This document shows, piece by piece, positions 29,674 to 43,065 of a stretch of DNA of 64,000 bases (position 1 is its first letter; every line of letters starts with the position of its first letter). The position numbers and the translations under genes were made by a program. Source of the DNA: Lingula anatina (Eukaryota; Animalia; Brachiopoda); contig CM120640.1 of NCBI GenBank assembly GCA_051362555.1, positions 8,804,001-8,868,000 of the forward strand, written 5' to 3'. Below the pieces are notes generated by a model. The model saw only the letters and a program-made list of their open reading frames with translations, was not told where the DNA came from and did not search any database.

Positions 29674-32600
29674 ATGCAAGCCATAGAGAAAGCAAAAGTG
29701 CGCAAGAACTACACGCTCCTGGTGGAGGACCTCCAGGTACAGTACTATGTAGCAGACTTCCTGTACCAGCAAGGGGTTCTCTCTTTTGATGACAAGGAGA
29801 GAATCTTGGCTCAAGTGACATCACAGGATAAAACAAAGATGCTTCTGGATATGATCCTCAAAACTGACAGGTACATGTTGTATGCAAAGAGTGGAGGTAA
29901 AGGTTTTAGTGCTTTAAATTTAGGTTTGTCTGGCAGATTTATCTTGCTTTGCTAGTTGGGCCCCACAAGAAGGTTTTGATTTTTTAGGCCTAGATCTACA
30001 CAGCTGTGATGTTGATTATTGTTGCATATTGTGTCTCCCACACAATATAAAAGTTGCCAGATTAAACCATGATGTTTTATTATATCTGTGTCATATCTGA
30101 TATAAACTAACACAAGATTAAACATAGACAATTTACTGATGCAACATACTCTTCAGATGGTTTTTTATATAAACCCATCAGATTAATGCAGGGGCGTAAC
30201 CAGACCTTTCAAAATTGTACGCACAGATTTTGAAAATTCCCAGGTACAATAATATTCCGTGAAAAATACACTGAATTTATGGAGAATAATATCATGGTTG
30301 GCTCAAAAAATTGTACGCACAGTGCATCCGTGCGTATGCCTGGTTACGCCCCTGTAATGCATTCAATATACTGGCCCTAAGGTAGGTTCTAGTATTTGGG
30401 GGGAGGGGCACTAATGACCTCCCATTTTAGCAAGGAAAAGTTTAGCTCTAAATAAAAATTTAATATCAGTTCTAATGCAATAAAAGTAAAAAAAGATCAC
30501 TTTTACAGAAAAATACCCTCCTTTTTACACTAAATATTTTCCTTCTTGCCTTTCCTTTAAGCTTAAAACTGAAACAACATTAATTCCATGTGTTTGAAGT
30601 ATGAACTAGTCTATTTTAAATGCATTTCAGACCTGACAGCTATGCCCAGTTCCTGAAGTCACTGGAGGAAGAATATGGTTACCTGCAAGATGAGATCAGT
30701 AACACCACAGTGACAGAGGAAGAGATACGGATCTTCCAAGGTAAGGGGAGACTGTAATGAGCATGTGTCCCTTTAAGACATTATATGCCTCACCTATGAT
30801 TTTTCCTGCCTTCTAAATAATTTTAAATACTCTAGACAGGTAATATTGCACGAAAACCAAATTGCATTATAAACCATTTTTTAATCCAGACCTTAATTCC
30901 ATCTACTCATTTCTGTGTAAATGGCATCTTGTTAAAGATTGTGGCTGTTGAGAAAAGCACAATCACAGTGTTGGGTAAGGACCTTTTCATATCTTGACTG
31001 GAAAGGGACTAAAAGATGTCACCAGACCACCAGTGGTCAGTTTCATTGAGCCTTCTTCATTAATTCTTTTGGGATAAGCAAGCTTGAAAGCACCGGTAGA
31101 TGTGACAAAAATCTTTTTAATGAAATCCATCCTTTACTCATCAGTGAAAAAAAAAAGATAAAAATGAATCGATTCAGGTAAATCTCTTTGGTGTTTTTAT
31201 TCTTTCTCCTTAAAATTTCGAAAGGTTTAATAGCAAAAATGTAAGTATTCAAAGAAGAAAGTATAAGCAAAAATGTTATTTTTAAATTTGATTCATATAA
31301 TTTCCATCAGGGAAAGAAGATTAAATTTATAAGAAGGAAAATAATTATTTTTGACAAAAGCTAAATGTATCTTGCTCCCTTTTATTAAAAGGTAATTAGA
31401 TTCATTACACAAATGCTATCTTTGTTAGTTTTGGGTTTCGTGTTATTGTTGGTCTTTTCATGATTCAGTATCTGTCCCTTATAAGTGCAATTATAGCTAA
31501 GAATATTTGAGTATATGGAGGTTGTTGTACTATCACATAACTTTACACACAGTTGCTTAAGAGACAAATTCCAAAGTGCTAACCCACCTCATCCACATAC
31601 CTGGGTGGTCAGATACATAATGATTTATTGCTACTTACATTAGTATCATGTAGACTCAAGTAAAGAAGGGAACAATTAGTTCAATTTATGGGGCTTTCTT
31701 TTATTTGCAATTGTGTTAAATTTTCTTTTAGGCAATAAAAAACAAGTTATAAGTAACATTGCAAAATAAATACAAAATAATCTTAACATTCAAAATAAAT
31801 TGATTCTAAAAAGACTAAATGTGTTTTTTACCTTTTAACATTATGTCCATGATTTGATGAAGGGTCAAAACTTAATGCTACTTAAGAAAACAATTAATAC
31901 ATTCAGAGATGTTTTTCTTTTTATCAGTGTTTCCCCTGCACTTAAATGAGCAAGGCGCCCGCCTCGCTGATATTTGCAAGCGCCTCGCTGAAATTTGTCA
32001 AAAGCACCGCCTCGCTGGGCTATATGGAACAACAAAGTATATTTTCACTCATGCTAACTGAAAATTATATTTATTTCTAAGCAAATATGGCATTTTCTGT
32101 TTACATATGTAATCCCATGCTTCTGAGCACTTGATTTAGTAGTAACGGAAATGCGTATGCCTAAAAATAACCAGCAGTTACTATCTCCCTGTGAGTGCCT
32201 CGTTTTCGCAGTTCTGTGCCTAATTTGAAGTATAAGAGACAGAGCGAAACGAGGCAACTGTTCTTGACACCATTTAATCACGTGTCAAGAATACACTTTC
32301 TCTATCACTTCATGTTCCGAAATTCAGACCGCCTGTTGTTTGTTTTTATAGTTTACGAATATGCACTGATAAAAAAAGGAGCAAATAAAGTGGACTTCGT
32401 TGATTTTATAAACTTGGAGAAGATTTTCTATTGATTTACGGGTGAGTTTTGTGAAAGCAGTAGCATTGTAAACTGGGTCACGTCAGTATTTCGCATGGAA
32501 ACCTATGCATTGAATTTGAATTTCCATGACTGAATAGAACCATATAAATGAATAAACGAAGAACTTAAATTGATGATAAGTGTGATTTTCATCTCTTTAA

Positions 32601-35600
32601 TTCCGAAGAGTTCATTTAACGGTGTTTGAAGTTGTTGATTATAAAGTACATCTCAAACTACGTATAACTAGAAGCGGGAGTCGCTTTGCGCTGAACGACA
32701 AGAGAGAACTTTTTGCGGCAGTTTTATACGCTCCCACACGCAAAGTCAATTGACCAGTTACTTTCACAAGAATGTGAAAACGGTAAAAACAACATATTTT
32801 ATCAACTTTTTGGTCAATTTAAAAATAATTCAATGTAGTATGCCCTTTATCTTGTTTCTTGTAAGTATTAAAGTAGTTAACTTTTTTTTTTTTTATTTGA
32901 AAGTATTAACTTTTTTTTTTGAAAGAGTTTGTTCTATAAACTGAAAAGGACTAAACTGAGTGAATGCACAGACTGGAAAATAAATTTTGTCCAAACCTTT
33001 GTTATGTAATTACTGAATTTACTCCTCAAAACATCTAAAACAAGACAATTCAGTGCCACATAAAATGTAAAAAAAATCAGTTCTAAATACCCTAAAATGC
33101 ACCAAATTGCACCTCAATATAAAAAAATTTCCGGGGGGCATGCCCCCGGACCCCCCTAGTATTGCTGGGATCGCAGACTGCCTACCACCTCACAGAGCTT
33201 GAAAGCCAGGGAAACACTGCTTTTTATCACAAAATTACAAGGGACAGTGGAAAATATATAACGCCATCTCCTGATATAAAACAGGTGGTTGATACACTAG
33301 GTAAAATGTCTTATTTGCATTAATATGTGTCATCGCAATAATGTTTGGATATGTTTCTCCAAGCTAGTCACAAAATTTTTATTGAGTACCACTCCTATCT
33401 TAGTTGAACATTTTACCTGCATCTGTATGAAGATGTGGCAGTGAGCAGTGTTTAACAATGCTTTTATCATACTGCTATAAAATTTATAGTAGCTTAGAGA
33501 GCATAAGTCTTGTTTCTAGTGAAGTGAAGTTGATTCAGCTGAGTATGAACCATCTTTGCAGGCCATTGTGATTAGCTATCTGTCCAACAGTATGCAATTA
33601 AATCATACTTACAGTGGCTGGGTTTGATTTTCTGTCTAGGGTGAGCTAATCTTAACATTGCTAATCTAACTGTTGTCTGAGAGGGGTTGCACTAGAGATA
33701 GGTCGCCCAGACTTGGCTAGAAACACAATTTGTGTCAAGATTTATCAGCACTTCCAACTTTGCACTTACATAAGGATGGATTAGTAGTTTAATAGTTGTA
33801 AGGAAGTATGTACCAGATGTCAGGTGATTTTATGATACTGGAATTTATCATAAACCATCATAAATTGTCGTGTGTTATCATTAGAGAAGTTTGGGTTTGT
33901 TTTACCTTTATTGCTTTGAAATCTGTTAAAAATGTGGTATAATTTATAAAAGGAAATGTAATAGAATTTCAAGAATGTTTCATTTTGATATCAACTCCTT
34001 AAACTTAAAGTCTGTATAAAATTATCTTAAGCATGCATTTTACTGACAAATAAATTAATAATAAAAATACCTACCTCTTATCAAGGAACCACCTAAAAGT
34101 TAAACAAAACTTAATATTCACTTGACTATATGCATATGTGAATTAGAAGTGAAAAAGACCCACCCAGATTACATCTAACTAAGATAGATTGCATTCAGAA
34201 TTTGGACTAGCTGATCCGAGGATCAAATATGGCCGACCCACTTAAAACAATACCAACTAATGCTCTGATGGTGTCTTGGTCTCCATGTTTGCCGTCACTG
34301 CAGGGGCCTAGCAGTTATTTAATCTATTTTATGATGCATGTGGAGGGGGGAGAACATCAGGGAATTAAGCGGCTTCCTTTTAAGCAGGATCACCATATTT
34401 AGTCAGTGGATCAGTTAGGCTGCAGATTATATGTTCTGAATGCACTCATAGATAAATGCATGTTTAATTACTATTGTGCAATAGATGATAAAAGCATGAA
34501 ACTTTCCACGATGAATGACCATTGGGTGTTCGTCTATTTTGGATCAGGGGGTTGACAAACACCCAATGGTCATTCATCGTGGAAAATTTCATGCTTTTAT
34601 CATCTTTTGCACAATTCTCGATAAAATTTGGACTTAACCGCCTGACTACTTTTTACCATGAACTAAACTTTGCATATTTTGCTTCCCTTTTATCTCCAAA
34701 ACTGGCAGAGATAGGTCCATAGTTACTATTGAACTTGAATGGGAAGTCATATACTGGCAATCTAAATGTGACCTTGAAATTGACCTTTGACCTACTTTTC
34801 ACCATGAACTGAACTTTACAAATTTTGCTTCCCTTTTATCTCCCAAACTGGCAGAGATAGGTCCATAGTTACTATTGAACTTGAATGGGAAGTCATATAC
34901 TGGCAATCTAAATGTGACCTTGAAATTGACCTTTGACCTACTTTTTACCATGAACTGACCTTTGCAAATTTTGCTTCCCTTTTATCTCCAAAACTGGCAG
35001 AGATAGGTCCATAGTTACTATTGAAGTTGAATAGGAAGTCATATACTGGCAATCCAAATGTGACCTTGAAATTGACCCTTGACCTACTTTTCACCATGAA
35101 CTGAACTTTGCAAATTTTGCTTCCCTTTTATCTCCAAAACTGGCAGAGATAGGTCCATAGTTACTATTGAAGTTGAATAGGAAGTCATACACTGGCAATC
35201 TAAATGTGACCTTGAAATTGACCTTTGACCTTCTTTTCACCATGAACTGAACTTTGCAAATTTTGCTTCCCTTTCATATCCAAAACTGGCAGAGATAGGT
35301 CCATAGTTACTATTAAACTTGAATAGGAAGTCATACACTGGCAATCTAAATGTGACCTTGAAATTGACCTTTGACCTACTTTTCACCATGAACTGAACTT
35401 TGCAAATTTTGCTTCCCTTTTATCTCCCAAACTGGCAGAGATAGGTCCATAGTTACTATTGAAGTTTAATAGGAAGTCATATACTGGCAATCTTAATGTG
35501 ACCTTAAAATTGACCTTTGACCTACTTTTCACCATGAACTGAACTTTGAAAATTTTGCTTCCCTTTCATATCCAAAACTGGCAGAGATAGGTCCATATTT

Positions 35601-38600
35601 ACTATTGAACTAGAATAGGAAGTCATACACTGGCAATCTAAATGTGACCTTGAAATTGACCGTTGACCTACTTTTCACCATGAACTGAACTTTGCAAATT
35701 TTGCTTCCCTTTTATCTCCCAAACTGGCAGAGATAGGTCCAAAGTTACTTTTGAAGTTGAATAAGAAGTCATATACTGGCAATCTTACTGTGAAATTGAC
35801 CTTTCACCTACCTTTTGATGAACTTTTGAAATATTTTTTTTTGCATATTTTGAAAATTCTTGTTGATTGCATTTTTACAGCTTGTCAAGCAAAAGACTGG
35901 TGGCTGTGTCCCTTATTTTGTGTATGTGGGGATCTATACGAATGCGCTTGCTCCAGCTGGTGGTACAATATTCGGAGGCGGTATCGCCTCTCTGATCCTC
36001 TAGTTAAATGTTGAGGTTATCAGAGGGTTAGAACACCCTGTATTGTTACAGTGTTACAGGTGCTATCAATATTCAACATTGCCTTTACTTTTATTGTGTA
36101 AGCTTTCTGAAATATTGAGACTGCAATGGTATCAGCAGTAACATTTATTAAAATACTGAGGACAACTTTCAAGATAAGGATATCTCTTCAAAACATTTAT
36201 TCATGCTTAATTAAATACAATGGAGATAGCATTTTACAAGTACACTGTAGATCTGTGTCAGTTTTTACTTTAAAAATATTTTACTGGTAGTGGGATGCTT
36301 GTTCACTTAAAAACTGTTAAACTTCATACTGCATGTGTGTGCTAGAAAGTACATAGCACATGGCCGAGCAGTTACTGTAACAGAGCTTTTTAGGTGCAGT
36401 AAATTCAAGTCAAATGTACCCTTGTCACACTGACTGTTTTGTATGGAGCTCTCACTCTACATATAAAATTACCCATGTTCAATGCTCAAGTGGCTAGGTT
36501 TAATACCTTTTGAGGGATTTTGAAGTTTTATAAACTTATCATTACAAGCCAGTTGCAAATTAACCCTTTTTTACATAAAATTTATTGGATAATATTGAGA
36601 GGGTCCCATTGGGAGGGGGTAGTGATCAAAGTTCATGAGAAATGAAATCTTCAAATCTCAGTAAATAAAACTTTATGCACATCTCATTGAAAACATGAGT
36701 TGAAAATCAAATTATATGGATTATATTGAGAGGTTCCCATTGGGAGGGGGTAGTGATCAAAATTCATGAGAAATGAAATCTTCAAATTATAGTAAATAAA
36801 ACTATGCATATATCTCATTGAAAACGTGAGTTGAAAATCAGATCACCAGGTGTAATCACTTCATTTCATGAAGGACAAGGTATTAAAAGTTACAGTCATG
36901 AGTCACAGGAATGGGGTGCTTCTTGGATCACATTAAATAATATGAATGTTCACACATCTCAGGAAATAAAAAGTGGCTTTTTTATGGGTAGCAAAAGTGG
37001 GGCAATAAATTTGGGTGAATACAGAATGTGTGAGAACAATATTCATATAGTTACATGTATCACATGTACAGATAGTAACAAACCATACCTTGGTGTTCTT
37101 TATAATTTAAAAGTGCTTTGGTACTGTACACACCTATGCATTACGCCATGGTCATATGTTGTTCTTTTAATCTGTATGTTTGTGTCTGAACTTAAATGAT
37201 AATGATCAATAGTGGCTACTTGTACCGTTTAATATGATGAAAGTTTGTAACATTTTCTCACTGAAGCCAGCTATTGTGTAACTTGTGATATATGTACACT
37301 GGAATATATATATATATTAGTTCACATGTAGATAGGTAGATAGATAGATAAGTAGGCAGTGTTTTGACACTGATGTTCTCAATCCTGTTTCCAGATCCAC
37401 CACCTGAAGCAGAGGTGTTAGAAGCAGTGAGGAGGGAATTGCAGTTATTTTACATAAAAACGTTTACCAAGCAGGAGCCACTCCCATGGAATGAAGATTT
37501 TGTCATTAGTCTCCCAGACGTGTACACAAGCCTAGAAATATTGGAGAAGGATACATATAAAAGGTATGATAAAACCATAAAATTAGGTAAAATATTTTAA
37601 GGCAAGAATAATGGCAATTATTTAGTTTAATAAAGCAGTTAAGTTTAAAATTTTATTGTAGGAGAAGTGGGCCAGTTAATGGGTTGGTGAATGGATTTGA
37701 TAGATACATAACAGAATGTACTATTTTTTTAAATTTCATTCATACCTTTTTGATGCATATGTACAGGTGCATCTTTATATAATGAAAATATTTTAAATAT
37801 TTCAGTTAACTATTCAATAAGACATTTATGGAAAATAGAAATTCAAAAATATATATTATGCAGCTTCTCTTTATTTCAGACATCTGATGGGTCCTGTGTC
37901 GCTGCAGGATTTATTTACAACTAGACCTCTGCCTGGCAGCACCTCACCAGCAAGGCACATTTACATAGATGGCGTTGCTGGAAGTGGCAAGACAACCCTC
38001 TGCCAAAAGCTTGCATATGATTGGGCCACAGGCAATGAGCAGAATTCTGTTTGTCATTTTAGCTTAGTTTTGAAAATTGAACTTCAGTTTGTTAGAGCTG
38101 AAATGCGTTTAGTCGATGCAGTTTTTGATCAGTTGCTTCCAGAAGATTTTAATTTATCAAAGGACGAGGTTATTCGCTGTATACATCACAATCAAAGCAG
38201 TATGTTATTGATTTTAGATGGTTTGACCGATGCATCTCAATATACTAAACAAAAGGTACTTGATTTTTTAGCAGGAAAGGTTCTAAGGCATATTACTAGC
38301 ATTGTCACATCAAGACCAACAAAAATTTCAGCAAAGTATTTTGATTTGCGTCTTAGGTGCAAAGGTTTTAATAAGGAAAATGCTAAGAAGTTTATTGCTC
38401 AATATTTCAGTGGTAAACAGGAAAAGTGTTACCAGAGCCTCTTAGACGAAGTTGATGAGCATTCTCTTGTGGAAGAACTTGTTCAAAACCCTTTCAATAC
38501 TTTGTTATTGTGTGCCTTATGGGAAGACAATAGGTGCCGTCTGCCCAGATCCCTAACACAGTTATTTAGTGAGATTGTATTCACTTCTGTCAAAAGATAC

Positions 38601-39902
38601 TGTCACAAGCACAAAGCAGGGTTTTCAGGGAGTGAAATGCCTTGGGAATGTGAACAGATGTTGTCAGAAATTGAAGAACTAGCATTTACAGGTATAACTC
38701 AGCACGAGTGTGAATTTTCTCGAGATGTTGTGGATGCAAAGCTGTCTAACTGTGATGCATACAAACTTGGGTTCCTTGCAAGACAGCCTGCTAAATCTAG
38801 GCTGCAGACTACTGCATACTATAGGTTCTCTCATAAGAATGTCCAAGAGTTCTTAGCTGCCCGTCATGCCCTCAGATTATCAGATGAGACATTACAACAT
38901 CATTTCCAAGAATTCCTTGTCAATCAGGAAAGTCGTATTCTCTGTATATTTATAGTAGGGGTCCTGAAGGATCATTCAGAAAGGCTCGTGCCTTTGTTTG
39001 AGTTTCTTGCAGAATTCTGCCAGAATTCCTGTAGGGATGATCAGTTGGTTGTCACAAAACACCGGTGGTCTAGTTGTGATTCAAGTCTTCAAAAATACCC
39101 TTACATCTTCAATAAGACCTTCCGCCCTTTCGCAGTGTGTTTCAACTGCCTTAACGAGGCAGACAATCACCCAGAATGTGTGAGCATCATTGCTCAGGCC
39201 ATGCCAAAAGATCTGTTTCTTGACATTAAAAGTTTTAAAAATCACTACCTGTGTCATGAAGTGGAAGGGAGTTGCTTTGCAGTACTGGAGAACATTCCTT
39301 GTCCTAGGTCAGTCATGGTACTGGAGTTGTCCTATTTCTCGGAGAAGGATCCCAAGAAGGCTGCCCAGCAGGTAGTTCATGCTGTCTCTCATATTGCCAA
39401 GCACAGTGAAGGGCAGTATGAACTGTTTATTTACTGTGATGGGTTGAACTTCTATGGTTTTGCTTCAATTCCTTTCATACTTGATATTCTTGGGGACTTC
39501 TGTGCTAAGGAAGGCAACTGTTCTTTTCTGAAGAAACTCTCATGTATCAATTTTCTCATTCATGGGTGCTCCATCCTTCGTTGCATGACTGATGAGGAGA
39601 TATGGACTGAGATGAAGCTCCAGACACCAAACACACACTGTCTGCCCCCTATTGTTTTCTACCACAATAAGCTGCCTTGTCCCCATGCTTCAGCCAACCC
39701 TGAAGTAGGAGTTCTCAGGGCCAATCCATTGTACCATGGAAATAACAGGAGCAGGGCTGAGGATAGTGATGACAGTGAGATTGTTATCTTGGAAACTGAA
39801 GGTTCTATCATTTACCAAGTGTTCAAAAAATTGAATCCTTCTGTTCATGTTGAAATGCACAAAGCAGATATCCCCATAGACTTCTTTTTGGATATGTACT
39901 GA
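29674..39902 (+). CDS. CARD-NACHT (NLR-like) protein, ~832 aa, no recognisable LRR array
   Basis: Exons 29674-29870 and 30631-30740 (CARD-like death fold: VADFLYQQGVLSFDDKERI..KTKMLLDMILKTDRPDSYAQFLKSLEEEYGYL), 37395-37563 (PLPWNEDFVISLPDVYTSLEI, typical pre-NACHT segment) and 37880-39902. The last exon has Walker A GVAGSGKTT, Walker B LLILDGLTD, sensor-1 VTSRP, NPFNTLLLCALW and winged-helix FSHKNVQEFLAA. Total 2499 nt, in frame. Confidence 0.9.
30189..30354. mobile_element. CAGG..CCTG MITE with 5-bp TSD
   Basis: TIR CAGGGGCGTAACCAG / CTGGTTACGCCCCTG; TSD TAATG; internal direct repeat AAAATTGTACGCACAG. Confidence 0.88.
31925..33219. mobile_element. Non-autonomous hAT-type DNA transposon (1.3 kb)
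   Basis: TIR CAGTGTTTCCC / GGGAAACACTG; 8-bp TSD CTTTTTAT; three subterminal CGCCTCGCTG repeats. Confidence 0.88.
34186..34447. mobile_element. Copy of the GCATTCAGAA..GATCAAATATGGC MITE family
   Basis: TGCATTCAGAA..GATCAAATATGGCCGACC / CCATATTT..TTCTGAATGCA; similar to 22117-22746. Confidence 0.75.
34474..36003 (+). mobile_element. Non-autonomous Helitron/Helentron-like element carrying a tandem array
   Basis: 5' hairpin 34474-34614, then 8 x 146-bp array, then 3' GC stem-loop GAGGCG-GTAT-CGCCTC (35975-35990) followed by CTAG|T at 36000-36003. Confidence 0.65.
34651..35820. repeat. Tandem repeat, 146-bp unit, ~8 copies
   Basis: ACCATGAACT recurs at 34655, 34801, 34947, 35093, 35239, 35385, 35531 and 35677. 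Confidence 0.97.
36587..36841. repeat. Local tandem duplication, ~130-bp unit x2
   Basis: ATATTGAGAGG..CCCATTGGGAGGGGGTAGTGATCAAA..GAGTTGAAAATCA occurs twice. Confidence 0.9.
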
Positions 39903-40382
39903 ATCATTTTATGATAGTCCCACAAATCAAGAAGTTGTAAGTTGTTTACAACTTCTAGCACAAATTCATTTATGTTGGACCGCATATCTGAGTATTTCTT
40001 TTGACATTTGGTCATAAAGCACTTTTTATTTTGCACAGCTATTCCCTCATTTAATGAGCCCTCAATGTATATTTATTTTGGAACGTTTATTTGAAGCTTA
40101 CTTTCATTTTTTTTTTGTTTTTGAAGTCACATGGCATTTGAGTTCAAAGCACCTTATTTTTCACAAATTCTTAATTTTGATGATTTAATTCAATTAATTG
40201 TGCCATGTAAAATGTGATATTTTGCCTTAACTTTGAAATATATTAAAGGATAAAGCTATCAAAGGTGAACATGCTTTTCCCTATTGAAAAGAATTTTTGT
40301 TTTTATCATGTTCATTCAAGTTAATTTAAGTGCATGATTACAAATGGAATTAATTTATTCATCCTGATTTATGACACATTTA

Positions 40383-40386
<4 letters not shown>

Positions 40387-40451
<65 letters not shown>
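40387..40451. repeat. (TA)n microsatellite
   Basis: Perfect TA run downstream of the NLR stop codon. Confidence 0.96.
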
Positions 40452-40454
<3 letters not shown>

Positions 40455-41907
40455 CATGGTTTTTCCTGTACATAATGAATGTATGAAGGTTATGACTTAA
40501 AATGGAGTTGATTTTCAATAAGGAAGTGCTTCTTGTATCTTGAAATGTTTTTTATGTCAGTAGAGCAGATAACACAGATGATGAAGTATTATCCACAAAG
40601 TTTTTTTTATCATTTTAGTGATAGGTTTAAGTGATAAGGAAATCGATATAAAACATTTTTTGAAAAGTGTTATTCAGAGATGAGATATTTTGAACTAATT
40701 TCATGTTAAGGATTATAGACACTACAGTGTGTGTTTCTTTGCTTTTCATTGGATGATTGGTCAGAAAAATGGTGCTTTAGTTTTCTGTGTATAAAAAGAA
40801 TCTCTTTTTGTTTTTTACTTAATCTCATTGTGGGTGAATGTTTTTTGCTTTCTTTACGTATCACACCTCATGCCCGGTTGACTTTCTTATAAAAAATAAT
40901 GCATTGTCAATTTTAAACAATCTGATGGTTATATGAAACAATAAAGTCCAATTTTCAATAAAATTTGTAACAAAACTGTTATACTCATTTTGCGTTTTGT
41001 TTAAAGTATTGTTGGGGGGGGGGGGGGGGGTCAAAACTAACCGCCTTTTTGGTCGGGGAACGGTTCTCTCTGGGTCCACAAAGGTTCCATGGTATAGGGT
41101 CCACTCTCCAACTAGAGAGCAACCCGTAAACGCAGACCTCCGCAAAGGCAAAATGTAAATGAAACAATTCGTCAAAATTAAATATATTAGGGTACCTGGA
41201 TATAGTAGAAATGGAAATGTTTTTTCCCTTTAAAACCTGTCTGTTATGAAATTTTCAAAAAAATTTGTTAAATCTCCTGTGATATCTTGTCTTCGCACTA
41301 CTCAACCCCCCTTATCCGTTGGTACAGGTAATTTACATCTTTTTCGTATGTTCATAAGTAAAATTATCCTACCCGTTTAGAGCGACCTCATGGCCAAAAG
41401 TGAACTCGGTTAAAAATCAGTTTTATTATCACTTCATGTTCTGAATTTAGTTTGATAATGTCTGTTTACCAGGGGCTGAATGTCCTCCTGACCCTCGGGG
41501 TTTTGTCTAGTTTGTTTTAAATATTGTTTGCACTTCTCATCACCAGGCGTGTATCAGTGTGTATCCGGTATATGGTAGCCTGGAGTCAAATTAATCAAAA
41601 AGGAATGTTGCAATAAAATGGCCTGTACGGTTTCACGAAGCAAATTCTCTAGAATATCCAAACACAGGTGCGTCTAAACGGGCGCTGAATGTTCCTAAAT
41701 ATATAAGAGCACCTTAATACGTGTATAGTTATACAGACAAAGCTTACCCGATAGAGTTGGCGTTTATGAAGTTTACCTATGACAGACAAAATGAGGCAAT
41801 CCTGTAGGTGCCACGTATAAACAGAGATAACGGTGAGGGTTTACAAACAGATACTCCCAAACTATTGAGAAACATGAAGAATTACAGGGTCACCCAAATA
41901 CCTATGG

Positions 41908-42086
41908 CAGGCCCGTAGCCAGCAATTTCAAAGGGGGGTTCTTTTTCTTAAAAAGTGGACCTTTTACCATATAATTCCCATGTAACTAGGTCAAATTTCA
42001 CATAGAGTGGACCTTTTTCCAGCGAAAAGGGGGGTTCTTTCGAACCCCCCGAACCCCCCCCCCCCCCCCCCCTGGCTACGGGCCTG
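41908..42086. mobile_element. CAGG..CCTG MITE with 5-bp TSD
   Basis: TIR CAGGCCCGTAGCCAG / CTGGCTACGGGCCTG; TSD TATGG; same family as 24869-25042. Confidence 0.9.
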
Positions 42087-43065
42087 TATGGAGACACTCG
42101 TTTTGTTTTGTTTTCTTTTGTCTTGTTTTCAATTTTCTGAATCCGTTTACCTTAAGCTTTAGATTTAATTTAGGAAACAGGACGCGAAACAATCAGTCTT
42201 TAGTATGCAGGGAGCAAACCCCAATCAACTCGCTTTTATATAATCAACCTTCGGTCAATTTGTACGATTTTTGTCGTCAGTAATTTTATTAATGAAATGC
42301 AGGATAGACGCTTTCGATTATAATCTAATTTGCTGCCAAAATAGTAATATTAAGCACACGACTCGCAGATCTGGAAAGTTTTTGCAGATTTTTATTTCAT
42401 ATGTATGTCGATACGTTTAAAAGAGCCTTTATCGTTCAGATATATTGCGTTTAAACACACAGGCACACGCTTGAATTTTTAATTAAAAAAACTTTGAATA
42501 CCTTATTTCCTTGCAAAACAACGCAAATGCAACCTAATTTGAAGCTACCGTAATGATAAGCGCCTACCAATATCTCCACTCAACGGTCAATACTTTTGGC
42601 ACCCCGATTTTATGCTAATTTGTCAACTCCTTATCAATGACGTCATCTGAATTTGGAGACATTTCTTCCTTTGAGCGGTGCGTCATGATACCGATACTTG
42701 AGGTTTAGGTGGGGTTAGTTCACTGATAACGTACACATTGCCGCGCTTGCTGATCATTTGTTGGTTTATTTTTGTCAAAGTCAGACGACAGTAAACTGCG
42801 GGATAAAGACAACTGCAAATTGAATCCGTTTCAGAATTACAAGCAAGCCATCTGGACTGGAGGGCTACATGAGAAAGTTATCCTTAACAGCACAGAACAC
42901 TTTACAGAGCAGATCGTAACAAGCAAGACAACTGGAAATAGACCAGCGTCCTCGAATAGGGCGGCGTATTATTAGAGTATATATCAAAATTCGTGTCTTA
43001 GGAGCGTGGCCGTACAAGCCAGTCTGTTGAAGCAGAAGAGTAACAGTTGGAACATCTGCAATAAT

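Noticed and set aside
34651-35820. Regular repeat array resembling a CRISPR array
   Set aside because: Units are near-identical over their full 146 bp with no unique spacers, there are no cas genes, and the context is a eukaryotic intron.
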